Assembly: GCA_043228905.1 (NCBI GenBank)
Contig: JBHGNT010000009.1
Span: 558,001 to 622,000, forward strand
Reading direction: 5' to 3'
Length of the DNA stretch: 64,000 nucleotides
Origin: Azolla caroliniana
Lineage: Eukaryota; Plantae; Polypodiophyta
Part shown: positions 13,891 through 27,416 of the stretch, one piece after another
Numbering within the stretch: the first letter of the stretch is position 1
Layout: each line of letters starts with the position of its first letter
Position numbers and translations under genes: made by a program
The notes under the pieces: model-generated
What the model was told of the DNA's origin: nothing
Seen by the model: the letters and a program-made list of their open reading frames with translations, nothing else
The model's database searches: none

Positions 13891-15399
13891 ACCGAATTTT
13901 GAAATTTAAGCGCAAGATAATGAAATTTTATTGCAAATCACCTATTATGTTCTAGTAAGCAAGAGTGATTGTGCCAACATAGGTGAGATCCAAAGGTGAT
14001 GCTAGTAGGAAAGATTGGACACAAAACAACAATATCAACTCTATTGAGGGCCATAAAATGATGATAACTAACATTATTCATTACTCAAGAACAAACGTAG
14101 ATAAAAAAGCCAACACATATGTGCTACTATGTGGCCCAAATAAACTAAAAAAAAGGGTTGCAAGAAGAGATTTAGGGACAAACAAGGATGATGACTAGTG
14201 CAAACACAATAATAAACCTCAATTAAGGTGGAGACAGTAGTAGCAAATATCCTTATCATAGGTGTACCAAATGAAGATGAGGTCTATAAGCATGCTGATA
14301 ACATGTGAGGGCATATAGTGGAAGAAATGACATTAAGTTGCTTAGTGCCAATGGCAATGAGTTGAATGATAGATAGCCAAAAAGAGAGGTAAAATTGTGG
14401 GATTGATTGTAAATGTGAGAAAGGAGATAGAGGGAAGAACGCCAATCTTCCCTAAATAATGGAAGTTCATACACGTTGTAAAACAAACAAGAGCAATGTT
14501 AAAACTCCACTCTTAAAATCCTTAAAGGTTGCCTTCACAAAACCGTTAAAAATGTGTGTTATGGTTATGAATGTAACAATATGCCTCTTAAAATAATGTA
14601 GGTAGGCAATGCTAAAACATACACTCTAGCGACCATTATTAGTAAAAAGAAAAAGAAAAATTGTTTTGTGATGCATAAATAGTTAAAGGACATTGATGTG
14701 AATTACACATATTTGGTTGTGTAGTGTTGTCATTAGGAAACTGACGTTGTCTAGGGATATTGTAAGTTTAGATGTTCCATTGCAAGCAAAACGAGATCAC
14801 ACATCTTTTTCAAAAACTCAAGTCTTTGCATCCATGGATCTCGAAGGAAACAAACAAAGAAGGCACTATCACGTTTTTATTTCTTTTTGCGCATGCACAA
14901 TTCTTATTATCCTATACAAAGTTTGAAAATGCTCGGAGCTCACAACCCATGCTTTGCTAACACCATTCAGAAATTTGATAGTAACTAGGAGTTCAAGGGC
15001 AGGGTTACGATAAAGCAGCCTGACTATGGCTATTTTTGTTTGAGAAACTTAAATTATCGTATAGAGTCTTAGGGGGTTTGTTCACATGGGTGGGAAACGG
15101 AAAGCCAAATCGAGGTTTGCTGTTTCTTTTGTCTGCACATCGTGGGAATGTTCGTATCCAAGATGGCACATCCTATACACATACATGCATAGTAAGCAAG
15201 AAACCATAGAAACACATGGTAAGGAAGGGGTAAATTGGGAGCATGGGCCATGGCACATGCATGGCATGGCATGGCATGCAAGGTGCATGAAAAAACAGAG
15301 TGGTATGTAGTAGTAGTCTTCTTGGAACAGAGAGTTGGAACTTGGAACAGAGTGTTAAAAAAGGCGAAGTATATTTGTATGATTCTGTCTTTCTTAAGC

Positions 15400-15422
15400 A
15401 CACCCACACCCACACCCACACC

Positions 15423-15486
<64 letters not shown>
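15400..15486. repeat. (CACACC)n/(CA)n microsatellite just upstream of the xylose isomerase start
   Basis: Read directly. Confidence 0.95.
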
Positions 15487-15488
<2 letters not shown>

Positions 15489-15512
15489 GTCAGTGGCATA
15501 AACACCTTCAAT

Positions 15513-18500
15513 ATGATGATCACCCGTTTCCTGCTTCCATGCCTTTCCTTCCTGCTACTTACATGTGCATCTGCAGAGGTATGCCATCTGTATGTAGGAT
15601 AGCTCTTTAGATTCCTTCACTTGGGGAACCCAATTCATCATCATCTGCTTCTGAGTCACGTTGTGGGTGGTGGAACTTTTTTTTTTTTTCCCTCCCAGAA
15701 TGAGCATCTCAGTGCAGACATGACATGCAGAGCTGATCATCTGGGAAATTCAGAGCTTGAATCTGTTGTTGATGAATGGTCGGGGGATTTCTTTCCCGGC
15801 ATCCCCCCCATCAAGTATGAGGTACGTGTGAAGGTGACTAAAGAGTTAGGATATTGGTTCTGAATTAGTTTTACTTGGGTTTTAATGGAAAAGAACTCTG
15901 CACATCCCACTGTGTATGCAAGTCATCTAAAAAAACACTCATATCGAAAAAGATATTACTTGTTGTTTTGGAGTCATGCCAATCTATATAGAAGTTGCAT
16001 ATATTAAGAGGATTTCGGATTCTTAGTTATTTCCACTATTAGGTCCTTGTTTTTCTTGACCTAGGAAGCTCAAAACTTGGAAGCATACAGTCTTTCTGGT
16101 TGTACTTAGTTATTGCATACTTTCTAGTTTGGTTGTATTGCTGTTTATTACAATAATTGGTATTATTATTATTAAAAGTCATCTACTTATTGGAAATTAA
16201 ATTGTTTGTAGGGACCATCAAGTCGGAACCCACTTTCATTCAAGTGGTACAATGCAGAGGAGTATATTATGGGCAAGAAAATGAAGGTGCCATGAAGTGT
16301 GATATGGAATCTGATGATATTGGAAACAATGATAAAATTGATATTCAGTAAATTCTCAATGTTGCTTATTGTCTTTGTCTTCTTGTTTCTAAAGGATTGG
16401 TTAAGGTTTAGCGTTGCATTTTGGCACACATTTCGCGGGGATGGAACGGACATTTTTGGATCTGCTACAAAAAGATGGCCATGGGATGACGGCACAGACT
16501 CGCTTACTGTAGCCTTCAATAGAAGTAATATGCTGAACTCATAATATAATTCCACATATAGCCAATTACTCTGGAAGGAAAGTGTAGAGTTGCTAATTAT
16601 GCATTAATCACAATGAACATCAAGGTGAGGCCTGAGCTAAGAATGGGTCATTATTAGGTGGACGATATTTTCCTGAAGACATTAGGTCCTTAGCTTTGTT
16701 GTACTTCTATCTCAGGGCAAGTTTGGAATGCCTTGTCAACTTTTAAAGTATATTATCTAGGCCAGTAAGATTTGTTTCGCCTTGTTTTTGTGGGTGTTGC
16801 GAGTGTTAATACTCTTAGAGTTTATGTTTTTGAATTTGAAGAAAAGGAACTTAGGCCAAATAGCCATGACCACTGAAAATGGCTATATGAACCCTAGAAG
16901 GCTGTCAAAAGTTTATCAGTGCTGTCAACTTGATGGAGGGATCAAGTAATGCATGTGGATGGCTTATTATATGTGCATGATTGTCATCATGCATACCTAC
17001 CATTGTTTGTTTCTTTTGACAGCAGGAAAAGAAATTGTTGTCTTATGTGGATGACATGCACACTTATGCCTGCAATGATTTTAGCGAATAGTCCTTGAGC
17101 TTGTTTGATGACCTGAAACTTTCTGGATTTAAGACATCATAGAGGCCAAGACTCGAAGGCCAATATAAGATGAATCTCTGAAGCTAAGCTAGCACGAGGA
17201 GGAAAGTAGATGTGCATGGTAGGCACATCCTCCTAGCGAGCCTCTGGTGTAGAGTTTGAAGAGTTCATTGGCAAATGAGTAATATTATCCTTTACTAACT
17301 TCAATTTGCGCATGTCTTGTTGCACTGATCTTTTTGATACCTGTGAATTTTTACAACTAACTTCCCAATGGACTGTGTGCAATAAGGGGCGGCTGCACTT
17401 TTTTGGGCAACCATCCTGTGTGATTCTATGGTTTTGCTGTTTTGTATTACATATAGTGTCTTGTGACATTGTCTTAATAAGTATTGTAATCTTGCTGTAT
17501 TTTATTCAAAACAATATCCTGTTCACAAAAATAGAGGGAGAGTAAGAGAATGTTCTGTACTAAATTTGAACGTGTGTACTTCCTAGGTTAGGAAGTGCCA
17601 TGTAATTTTATTTCATTTAGAGATTTAATGCTGCTTTCAATATGTATTATCTAATGCGCAGTGAGAGCCAATTTCGAGTTCTTGAAGAAACTAGGAGTAG
17701 ACTATTGGTGCTTTCATGACAGGGACATTGCACCTGAGGGGAGAACATTAAAGGTGATCTGTTATATACGGATTATTGAGCAAGATTACTAGAATCAGAC
17801 TGCACGACACTTCATGCAACCAAAATGGAACAATGAATATAAGCAGCCATATTTTCAGATATTGTCATCTATTATTAGCAAACACCTTTTGCCTTCAGAC
17901 TGCACTACACTTCATGCAACCAAAATGGAAGCATGAATATAATCAGACACAGTTTCAGATCTTGTCACCTATTATTTATTGCAACCTCACTGTTGTGACA
18001 GGAAGTGAGGTTGCAATAAATAATGGGTAGCAGAAGTGGTGCATTGCATTTCATTTTCAATGCTTCATATATAATATTTTCTAATATGCACAATCCTAAC
18101 AGCTCTAACTCATTCAAGTATTTTATATGATAATGATAGGTATTGATTATTCATGTTTCGATTGATAAACTAAGACAAACCTGTACAAATTGCTCTGCAA
18201 TATAGGCTCGAATTTAACCGTTTTATGTTTACAGGAGTCTAATGCCAACTTGGATGTTGTGACGGATCTTGTAAAAAAGTTGCAGGTAATAGCCATTCAT
18301 TCATTCATTTACATTTCATAGGCTTGCATGAACTGCCTTCCCTGATACCTTTTTGGTTGACTTGGGTTACCGCTTTCAACAGGAAGGGACAAATATTCGT
18401 CCTTTGTGGGGCACTGCACAGTTGTTCAAGCATCCTAGATACATGCACGGAGCAGCCACAAGGTCTGAAATGGTCCAATCTGTTCTGCCATTGTTAGCTG

Positions 18501-21500
18501 ATTGCGTTAATTCATTCAATTATATGTTGAATCTTAATCTTTATTATGTTGCTTGTCTTACAATTGCATGAATGCAGCCCTTATGTGAACGCGTATGCAT
18601 ATGCTGCAGCACAAGTCAAGAAAGCTATGGAGGTACAAGGTGTCCTCTTGCAGCATTTTAAGATATATTCTGGAAGCTAGTGTGTCCAGACCTAGAAATA
18701 GAAAATTTAAGTAATCTAATGAAAACTGGGACTAGGTTAAGATATCAGACAATTAACACGTTATTTATTTCACGCACGGGTTTCCACTGTGACGCAAATA
18801 TCATATTCTTAACATCAATAAACTTGATCATATGTTTAACTGCTAAACATTGGTCACTCGAGGTTGGTTGTGTTTTCCATTCAAACTCCGAGGAATGGCT
18901 GTTTCAGTAATGACTACTACTTGCACATCAGAAATTTGTCGTATTTTGCTTTTATTGCCCTGTTTTCCCTGTGCTGTTATTTTGTTTGGATGCAGCAGGT
19001 AACTGAATCTATGGTTTGGTGGAATTAGATTTGCACGTTCCCAGTGCTGAGGCCTGTGTCATTGCTAATATTTTCATTTGTGCTCAGTCAGCAAGCTATA
19101 CTATTTGCACGTTCCCAGTGCTGATGCCTGTGTCATTGCCAATATTTTCATTTGTGCTTAGTCAGTGAATTATACTAATTGAAAAGTAACTTGTAATCTG
19201 ATTGGTTAGCATATTGAATACATATTATGGAATTCATCATAACCTCAAGAAAGCATCAAAGATCTCAGACCTGAACTATTTCATGCCACTTTTGTGAATG
19301 AAGAATATGAGCTTATTCTGTTATTATATTGTATAACTATTTCTATCTAAAGGAGATTCTCCAAGTATAGGTTTTCATCAACCATTTTTTGCAGATCACC
19401 CATGAACTGGGAGGAGAGAATTTTGTGTTTTGGGGTGGAAGAGAAGGCTATCAAACTCTTCTGAACACAGACTTAAAGAAGGAACTTGATAACATGGTGA
19501 CTATTTGTTTTTGTTTTTTTCCTTTTTTATCAGAGTTTGTACTCATAAACAATCTGTCGGGGATATTGTGGCAGGCTACATTTTTGAAACTTGCTGCTGA
19601 GTACAAGAAAAAGCTAGGATTCAACGGTATATGCTGGCTATATCCTTATCTTTCAGCATTCAAATTCCCTTGAGAACTCACAAGAAGGATATTCTATGCA
19701 GGAACTTTGTTATTGGAGCCCAAGCCTCAAGAACCTACAAAACACCAGTAAATCATGATTATATATGTATTTTTTATTTAACAGATTGTCATGGCACATC
19801 CACCGATTAGCCACTGAAACTCAGCATAGATTATTATCTGTTTGGTAGATCATTGAACATGGATCACGTTGTCATAAATCAGATTTTTCTGAGAACCATT
19901 CTGGACTAGTCTCTCACATGCAGAGACATATATTAAAACAGTTCTAGACTCAGAATTTTCCATTCTGTAAAAATGGAAGTGCCTGTCACATGGTGACAGC
20001 ATCAACAACCATGTTGGAATTCTCGCAGCTCAGTTTTTTTACTTTTATGCAACAGATATGATTGGGATGTGGCAACGACAATGGGGTTTCTGGAAAGACA
20101 TGGCTTATCAAGTAGGTTTTGGGATGTATTACTCATTCATCAATCATTTCTAAGAATTGTTTTACCCATGATATGCATATAATTGTAACATAATTTTGTG
20201 TATCGATCATTTAGATGACTTCAAGTTGAACATAGAATGTAATCATGCCACTTTGGCTGGGCACAGGTATATATTGCCTTCTATTTGGTAGTATGAGTAG
20301 ATATATGAACTACTCAACAAGCATTATAAATAAGATAATAATTGTTTTGTAGCTGTCCTCATGAGCTTGAGATGGCAAGAATCCATGGTATGCTTGGGAG
20401 TTTTGATGCCAATACTGGTGATGCCCAGACAGGGTGGGATACGGATCAGTTCCTTGTAGATGTTGCTGAGGCAACACTTATCATGCTCACTATCGTAAAA
20501 AATGTATGTGTTCACAGAACTTTCTGTTAATAGCAATTTTCCGTCTACCTTGTGAGACCAATGCCTCTGGGAAATTATATTGCATCAGCATTATTGTATC
20601 CAATGCCTCTGAAAAAGCTACGCAGGTGTGTAATGATGTGAATCAGACTTGATGCTTCAGTTCTTGCTACTTGTATTATATAGAAGCTCCAATATGTAAC
20701 TGTAGATTTTTGTTGTTAATAATTCCTGTAGGGAAATACACTCTTATCTTTATACATCCTTGAGATATTCCTATGATGCAAGTGTGACATTGTCCCGCTG
20801 AATTCCATCTTTTACACTTCATTAATTTGCTACCTTTATTTTTGTTGATATTTTAAGATGTTTGGAGATTCATGCAATCCTTGGTTGTATGCAGGGTGGA
20901 ATAGCTCCAGGTGGATTTAACTTCGATGCGAAATTGTAAGTTTTCTTTCTATGCTTAGGCTTGAAACTGTGGTTTTACATGCTGAATACTGAGTCTGTAG
21001 GAGAAATGGTTATGCAGGAGAAGAGAGAGTGTAGATGTCGAAGATCTATTCATCGCTCACATAGTTGGCATGGATACAATGGCGCGCGGATTGCGCAATG
21101 CGCAGAAGATAATTGAGGCAATATTATCCAACCCATCTTTTGTTTTGGAATCATTTCATATAATACTTCGTAACGACATTTGCATAGAAATGAATTCCCT
21201 CTAGTAATGATAATTTCCTATACTCTCATGTTTCATGAACATAACTTTACATAAGTCTTGTGGGCATATTATTGGGCTCATGAAGATCGTGAAAATATTT
21301 CTAATTGAAACTTGTACCAGGATGGAGCATTAACAAGTCTCGTAGAGAATCGCTATGCAAGCTTTAAATCTGCCCTTGGAAGAGCTATAGAGGTTGATCT
21401 ATTAATAGAAGGTTTTAGAGTATGTAACATTTGGTCATGACATTCTTATTCAGAATTATTTTGCATCACTTCAGGATGGTAACGTAAGCTTTGAAGAACT

Positions 21501-21751
21501 TGAGAGAGAGGCATTAAATGCTGAAGAACCCGCTCTTCCATCTGGAAAGCAGGTACAAAACATACATTACATTTCTATCATGTTTGTGTTTTCCTCATGG
21601 CTTTGTTGAGAGGCCACTTTCTTTAATCTAATCCATTATTCTCACATGAGGTAATGTATTTTTTATTTAATTGTGAACGCTGTTTTTGCTCTAATTCATG
21701 CCCAAATCTTGACAGGAGCTGGCAGAAATGATATTCTACTCTTTCATATGA
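15513..21751 (+). CDS. XYLA: Xylose isomerase (class II) with N-terminal signal peptide, about 485 aa. 19 exons: 15513-15578, 15699-15821, 16212-16286, 16395-16524, 17662-17753, 18235-18285, 18383-18462, 18578-18632, 19395-19496, 19575-19626, 19702-19747, 20056-20111, 20215-20266, 20353-20503, 20895-20935, 21018-21117, 21321-21392, 21475-21552, 21716-21751
   Basis: Motifs [68 protein letters not shown] and GGFNFDAK. The spliced length is 1458 nt and stays in frame. Hydrophobic leader [21 protein letters not shown]. Confidence 0.96.
17795..17975. repeat. About 100-bp duplication in xylose isomerase intron 5
   Basis: CAGACTGCAC(G/T)ACACTTCATGCAACCAAAATGGAA..ATGAATATAA occurs twice. Confidence 0.8.
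19029..19176. repeat. About 74-bp tandem duplication in xylose isomerase intron 8
   Basis: ATTTGCACGTTCCCAGTGCTGA.GCCTGTGTCATTGC.AATATTTTCATTTGTGCT.AGTCAG occurs twice. Confidence 0.9.
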
Positions 21752-23199
21752 ATCAGTATCTGGATAGCAATCATTAGCCTGAGAAACAGGCATTAGCTTT
21801 TCCTTTATGTATATGCCACTATTTTCAATAAATTATGTCAGAAATAGCCAAAACCTCATGTAAAGCAGCTTTTTTTCAATTCTACGGTTTTCAGTTAATG
21901 ATACTCAGCGATCTATGATTTTCAGTCTTTATCAGCTATTGATCTATAATTTGTTGGGGTTTTACCGAAATATTGGGGTGTCATGATGGCTTGTGCATCC
22001 TCCACTTATAAGTCAACATCAAATCTAGGTGAACGGTCATCTTAATTATACCAAAAAAAACATAAGTGCTACTATTATATTGTTTGAACTTAGAGAATAC
22101 ATGCCTCATGTACATTGAATTATTATTTCCCAATATTGTATTCTTCTATGACATCCAAATTTACAAAGTTGAGCAAACCAATAGTTAATCAGCCAATTTA
22201 CATGGTTATAATGAACATATCAAGATAGCTTGTGTTGGTACTTTATTTTTAATGTTGGAAGGTGTTCCATAAATAAAGATGGTCACTAGAATTTTGTGAG
22301 TACAATGTATCCATGAAGGTGTAGCTCTACCTAAGAAATGGACTATATAATGCATAAAATAAGCTAGTCTATATAACTTTTAGAAAGAGGAAGTTCCTTG
22401 GTGTTTAGTCTAGTTGTGTAAGGTATTTGAACTTACTACATTGAAGGCCTAATTTATCTCACAATACCTTTGGATGATCAAGTTTTTTAAGAACTAAGTT
22501 CACAATGAGAATCTTAATATTTGTCCATAGCTCCCTTGTTACCTTTGGCCTAAACTTAGATATGTGATTAACTTCAATAATGTGGTACCCTTTGTCTTAC
22601 ATATAGGATAATCCCAATCTTTCTTCTTTTTCTACTTTAGCCCAAACATGCCTTTACGTTATCGAGGCATGTCCCCCATTTGCATTTGGCATTATCACAT
22701 TTGACTTTATAGGTTCATAAAGATGTATCTAGATATAAGGGATATAATGGGAACCCTAAATGATTTTATGGTGAGTGGATATTACAGTATCTATTGTATT
22801 TCAACTCTCGTAATTTATGTATTGCTACATGGGGGGGCGAGAGAGAGAGAGACCTCAAATGATTTTCCCATATTTTGAGTTTAGTAAACATGCGGTAGAT
22901 ATGTACAAAACTTTGCTTGACAGGGTTCCTTTGAGGTTTAATTCTTCTTTATTATTTTTGTTCCTTATTGAGGCCTACATGCAACAAATTTGCGGCATGT
23001 TTTCAGAACATGTTAATTCAAAGGAATGGCATGCATGGAGTACAACATTAAAAACACTAATGACATTCACCACATGTATGGTGTGACTAATGCTAAAAGA
23101 TGTATGCAATTGATTGATAAGTCTTCGCATATTATTACACGATGCAATGTACTATTATTCACATATTATTTCATTGATGGGAGGGTTGTTCAAAGTGTC

Positions 23200-24390
23200 A
23201 GCAAAGACATTTTCCAAAATGATTTACGAAATTCTTACCTCAATTTATTCACCGTCTCAATATGGTTTTATGTAGGTAGAAATATATTGCATAATGTATT
23301 GAATGTTCAGATGGCTACTGATTATGATCAACATACATATTAAGAAATGATTATGGTGCAATTAGATTTGGGAAAAGCATATGATCATGTTAATTGGTCT
23401 TTTCTCTTAGGCATGATGTATAATATAGGGTTTGGTCCTTTTATGTGTTGACGTATCTATTTGCTAGAGCAAAATGCAACATCTCTCGTGATGCTTAATG
23501 AATTACTTCGAAAGTTTTACTTACTTCTGTGTGACAAGGGTGTCCACTAAGTCCATTACAATTTGTTGTTGTTACACATCGTTTGTTATAATGTTGTCCA
23601 ATATTGCAATCAATGGTGATATTGTGGGTTTGCATTCTCCTTCTTGTGGACAATTGGTAGCACATGTATTGGATGATGATTCTTTTATGTTTAAAAAGCC
23701 TCAAAAGAAAATCTCGAAAGGAGTATGCAAGCTTTAATTGAAAACTCCAAGAGGTGTAGACAAATGGTACAAGTAGTTGCTCCAAAATCTAGTGAAACTA
23801 GTAAAATCACAAGGGTAGATCTAGAACAAATACTTACCTTTAATTAAAACTCCAAGAGATGTAGACAAATGGTAGGAGTAGAATAAAGGTGAATACCAAG
23901 AGGCATCCGGTTGCATGACTCCTACTTTAACCAAACATTGTTGTTTTCCTAGTACTGGGAGCTTTGAATTGTGGTTCCTTGGTAGATTTTTCTTCAGTAA
24001 CCCTTCTTTGAGCACTAGTGAATAATTTGGATTAACCAAAATAGAGGCATAGGGCATTTTCTCATCAATATTGATCTTGTGCATCAGTAAGAGGTTTGAA
24101 TTGAGCTCAATCGATCTCCATCGAAACGTGGGTATCGATTACCTTGGAAGATAGTGACTGCAACGAGGTAGGTGGGTCTAACATCAATGTTGCATATCAT
24201 TGGAAAGATTGAAACCCTTGTGTCACAAGCTCTTCTCGTCAAAGTTCATGATTGTCATAAAAATTTTCTTGAGTAATCAGTTGTGATAAGGATGTGGGCT
24301 ACAAAACACTTAACTATAGATTCTTCATTTTGCTTCAGAGGTTCTGATGGAATTTTGGTTGTCCCATTGAACATCACATGCCATTTGTAA
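23200..24390 (+). mobile_element. Degenerate LINE reverse transcriptase fragment
   Basis: GRNILHN, LDLGKAYDHVNWSFL..GFG, QGCPLSPL, a DD-containing motif (HVLDDDSF) and a later YLG motif. Many stops and frameshifts. Confidence 0.8.
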
Positions 24391-25329
24391 TGAATAGAGC
24401 TTTGTAAAGGTCATTCAATGTGATCCTTATCCCCAAATGACAATTCAAGCTCTAAAGGAAAGCATGAAAGTCTTGTAGAACATGATGATGTTTCAACTAG
24501 AGGCACAAACGAGACTTGTACGAGACCCAAAAGAAGAATACTACGACAACAACTCAACAAAAATCATTAGAATAACATGTGGGTTGTGGTTAAATGGTAA
24601 GTTGGATCGTATTGATAATCCATGATACCAAGTCCTTGAGCCATTGAAGTTGTGTGGTAGAATAACCTTAGGCTCCAGAACATTAGGGGTTGAAGAAATT
24701 GTCGATGAAGTTGCTTGAAGTTTCCACAATGATTCTCAAAGGTTGTAATTTGGACTTTTTGCAAGGTTGTCATCATCTTATTGTGGTTTCCAATGGAGTA
24801 AGACATGATGAGGCTTAGGAAGGGGAAGGTGAACAATCTGTTACAGATAAGGGGAAATGAAACAAGGAATGTGAGTCCGATAAGAGAAAATATTGAGAGC
24901 GAAAGAATGAAATTACATACTTATGATCAAGATGAACAACTATATATTTATACATGTTTCTAACTATTACATGTGCATGCATGCTCCTAAAGTTTGTAGA
25001 TTATTTCCAATATTTGTAGAACACATGCTTTGGAAGTTTCTAGAACTTTCGAGAGATTCCAAAGAGTTCTAGAATGACAAAACTCCAAATATACAAGTAT
25101 CTTATTGTAGAAGCATTTTATCACAACCATGTCATGTGTGGAGATGCATTTGCTATGACACTTGATTATGGCATTGGAAGTTGGAGGTTTGATTCTTGTC
25201 TCTAGCAAAAAAGGCACACTATAAACCATGTAACAATAAACTGACTCAAAATGGTATAGTTATACCACATTTTTAAAGAGTTATCCCACTAGCATACTTA
25301 ACTATTATTATTAGTTAAAGACAACAAAA

Positions 25330-25550
25330 ATGTTTGACCTATTTCAATCATTATTTAGGGACATTATTTTGCATGCAAACCATGAAACATACAACTTTCT
25401 TGATGACATTATTAACTACTACCAAATTTTCATACAACGACAATGTTTGACCTATTGAACCATTATTTAGGGACATTATTTTGCATGCAAACCATGAAAC
25501 TTACAATTTTCTTGATGACATTACTAACTACTACCAAATTTTCATAAAAT
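25330..25550. repeat. About 112-bp tandem duplication
   Basis: AATGTTTGACCTATT...GGGACATTATTTTGCATGCAAACCATGAAAC...ACTACTACCAAATTTTCATA occurs twice. Confidence 0.9.
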
Positions 25551-27072
25551 TGCATAGTTAGGAAAATACAACATTTTTCTAGGAACTAAAAGTTTTCATG
25601 GACATGGTGAGAATGCATGAATTGAAAACATCCATCACTATGTTAAAAGCAACATAGGGAAATCTAACACATACAACAATATCCCTCGATAAATTTTGAG
25701 AACCACGACTAAGCTTGAAACCTACAACATGTGGATTTAGTGTATCTAGTAGAATACTCCTAAGGTTATGTTGTCAACATACAATAAATTGGGATGGACC
25801 TTGGCAAGACAAAAATATCCCCAAATCACTAATAACCAATGTCAAAGAACTTTCCAAGCTCCACAGACAAAATAAATTACATGTAGAGTTCATATATCCA
25901 CTAGAATTAGTAAGTGACCAAAGAGAGCAAACTATAAACCATGTAACAAGGAACTAAGTCAAAAGAACGGTACCACTACCATAGTGAGTTGTTACATGGA
26001 GGATTAGTAAAATCCACTCTAGCAGTGTTTGGATACTATAGGAGTGTGAATCAACTATGATGATGTTGTTCGCTTATCACATTTTGGTAGGATGTGTCTC
26101 CATATGGAAGAGTTTTAGTTTTGGTTAGATATAGAGGGACATGTGTGTTCTTTGCAATATGCTATTCAAGATAGAGGAAATCATGCTAGCTTATAATTTG
26201 ATATTTCGAAGAAACATAATATTCTTATGGTAATTATGTGGCTTGAGAACTTATGATTAACATTGTGATTAACTCTAATGTGTCATTACTTGAATACTTA
26301 AGGATCACATAAGGATCCTCCTCCTAGGAGGAGAGAATGAGGTTCTAGGGCATAACACCAACATATACAATGATTTCAAATGTTTTCCTCATGTCAAAAC
26401 CCTCGAAGAAACGATTAAAAATCAACATGAGCAATGTTAAAGACTAAGAGCACAGAAGATGATGCACCAATATGTAGTATGCAGGGTCATTCTTAATTAG
26501 TTAAAAGAGTAGACATCAATACAGTAACCAATCAGAGCATAACCAATAAATGCTAATCATAATATAATTACCTCTCCAATTGCGTAATTAACCCCAATAG
26601 TAAGGATGCATGTAGATAAGCTTCCTATATAAAAAATATGGCAAGCAAATCAAAAGGCAGGGATGGATGTACTTAGAGCTTGTAATATTAACTACTAATG
26701 ACATTGTAAGTGAGTGAAGATTAGCTTAATATGGGAGAGTTGGCTTAATTATAATCTGAATTATAGGGGATTAGTCTAGGCAATGTATCTAATTATCATT
26801 AGCATTAGACTTGTATATAGTGGATGTTTTGCCTCTAACGAAGACTTTATCAAAAGCTTTAAGTTATGCTTCTTGTTCCAGACACGTAAATATAAAAGTC
26901 AAACTCCCTTTGCATTAAAAGTCTAGAGGACAATGAAAGTTTAGAGGACCCCATTGGATGTGAATTCTTGAGAGAGAATGAGAGGGAGCATGTGTGACAT
27001 ATTTGTGGCTTGTGACCAATCAATACATGAAGAGGAAGGTCACTTCGTATCGATTTATTTGTACTCCATAAG

Positions 27073-27416
27073 TAACAATCGGCAATGGTTCAATTTAGTT
27101 CGGTTCAGTTTGAGAGGGTCCAAACCGAACCGGTTTGGAACTGAACCGTTAAAATTTTTTGAAACCTCAACCAAACCACGAAACCATTAAAACTTTTTCA
27201 AACCGTAAAAGCTGCGGTTTCGTGGTTCGGTTTTAGTTTTCAACTTAGCTAAAATTTTAAATTTTAAATTTACAATATTTCATTATTTTAAATAAATAAA
27301 AAATTAATAAAAAATAAAGAACCGTTAAACCATTTAAACCATGGTTTCTGACTGTTGAAACCAAACCAAACCGTTTTAAAAAACCTAAACCTAAACCGAA
27401 CTGTTGCCGATTGTTA
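27073..27416. mobile_element. Non-autonomous hAT-type DNA transposon (MITE)
   Basis: TIRs TAACAATCGGCAATGGTTC and GAACTGTTGCCGATTGTTA. 8-bp TSD TCCATAAG/TCCGTAAG at 27065-27072 and 27417-27424. Dense AACCG/CGGTT subterminal repeats. Confidence 0.85.

Noticed and set aside
15069-15602. CV/HT-repeat ORFs
   Set aside because: Artefacts of the (CA)n tract. Only 15513-15578 is coding.
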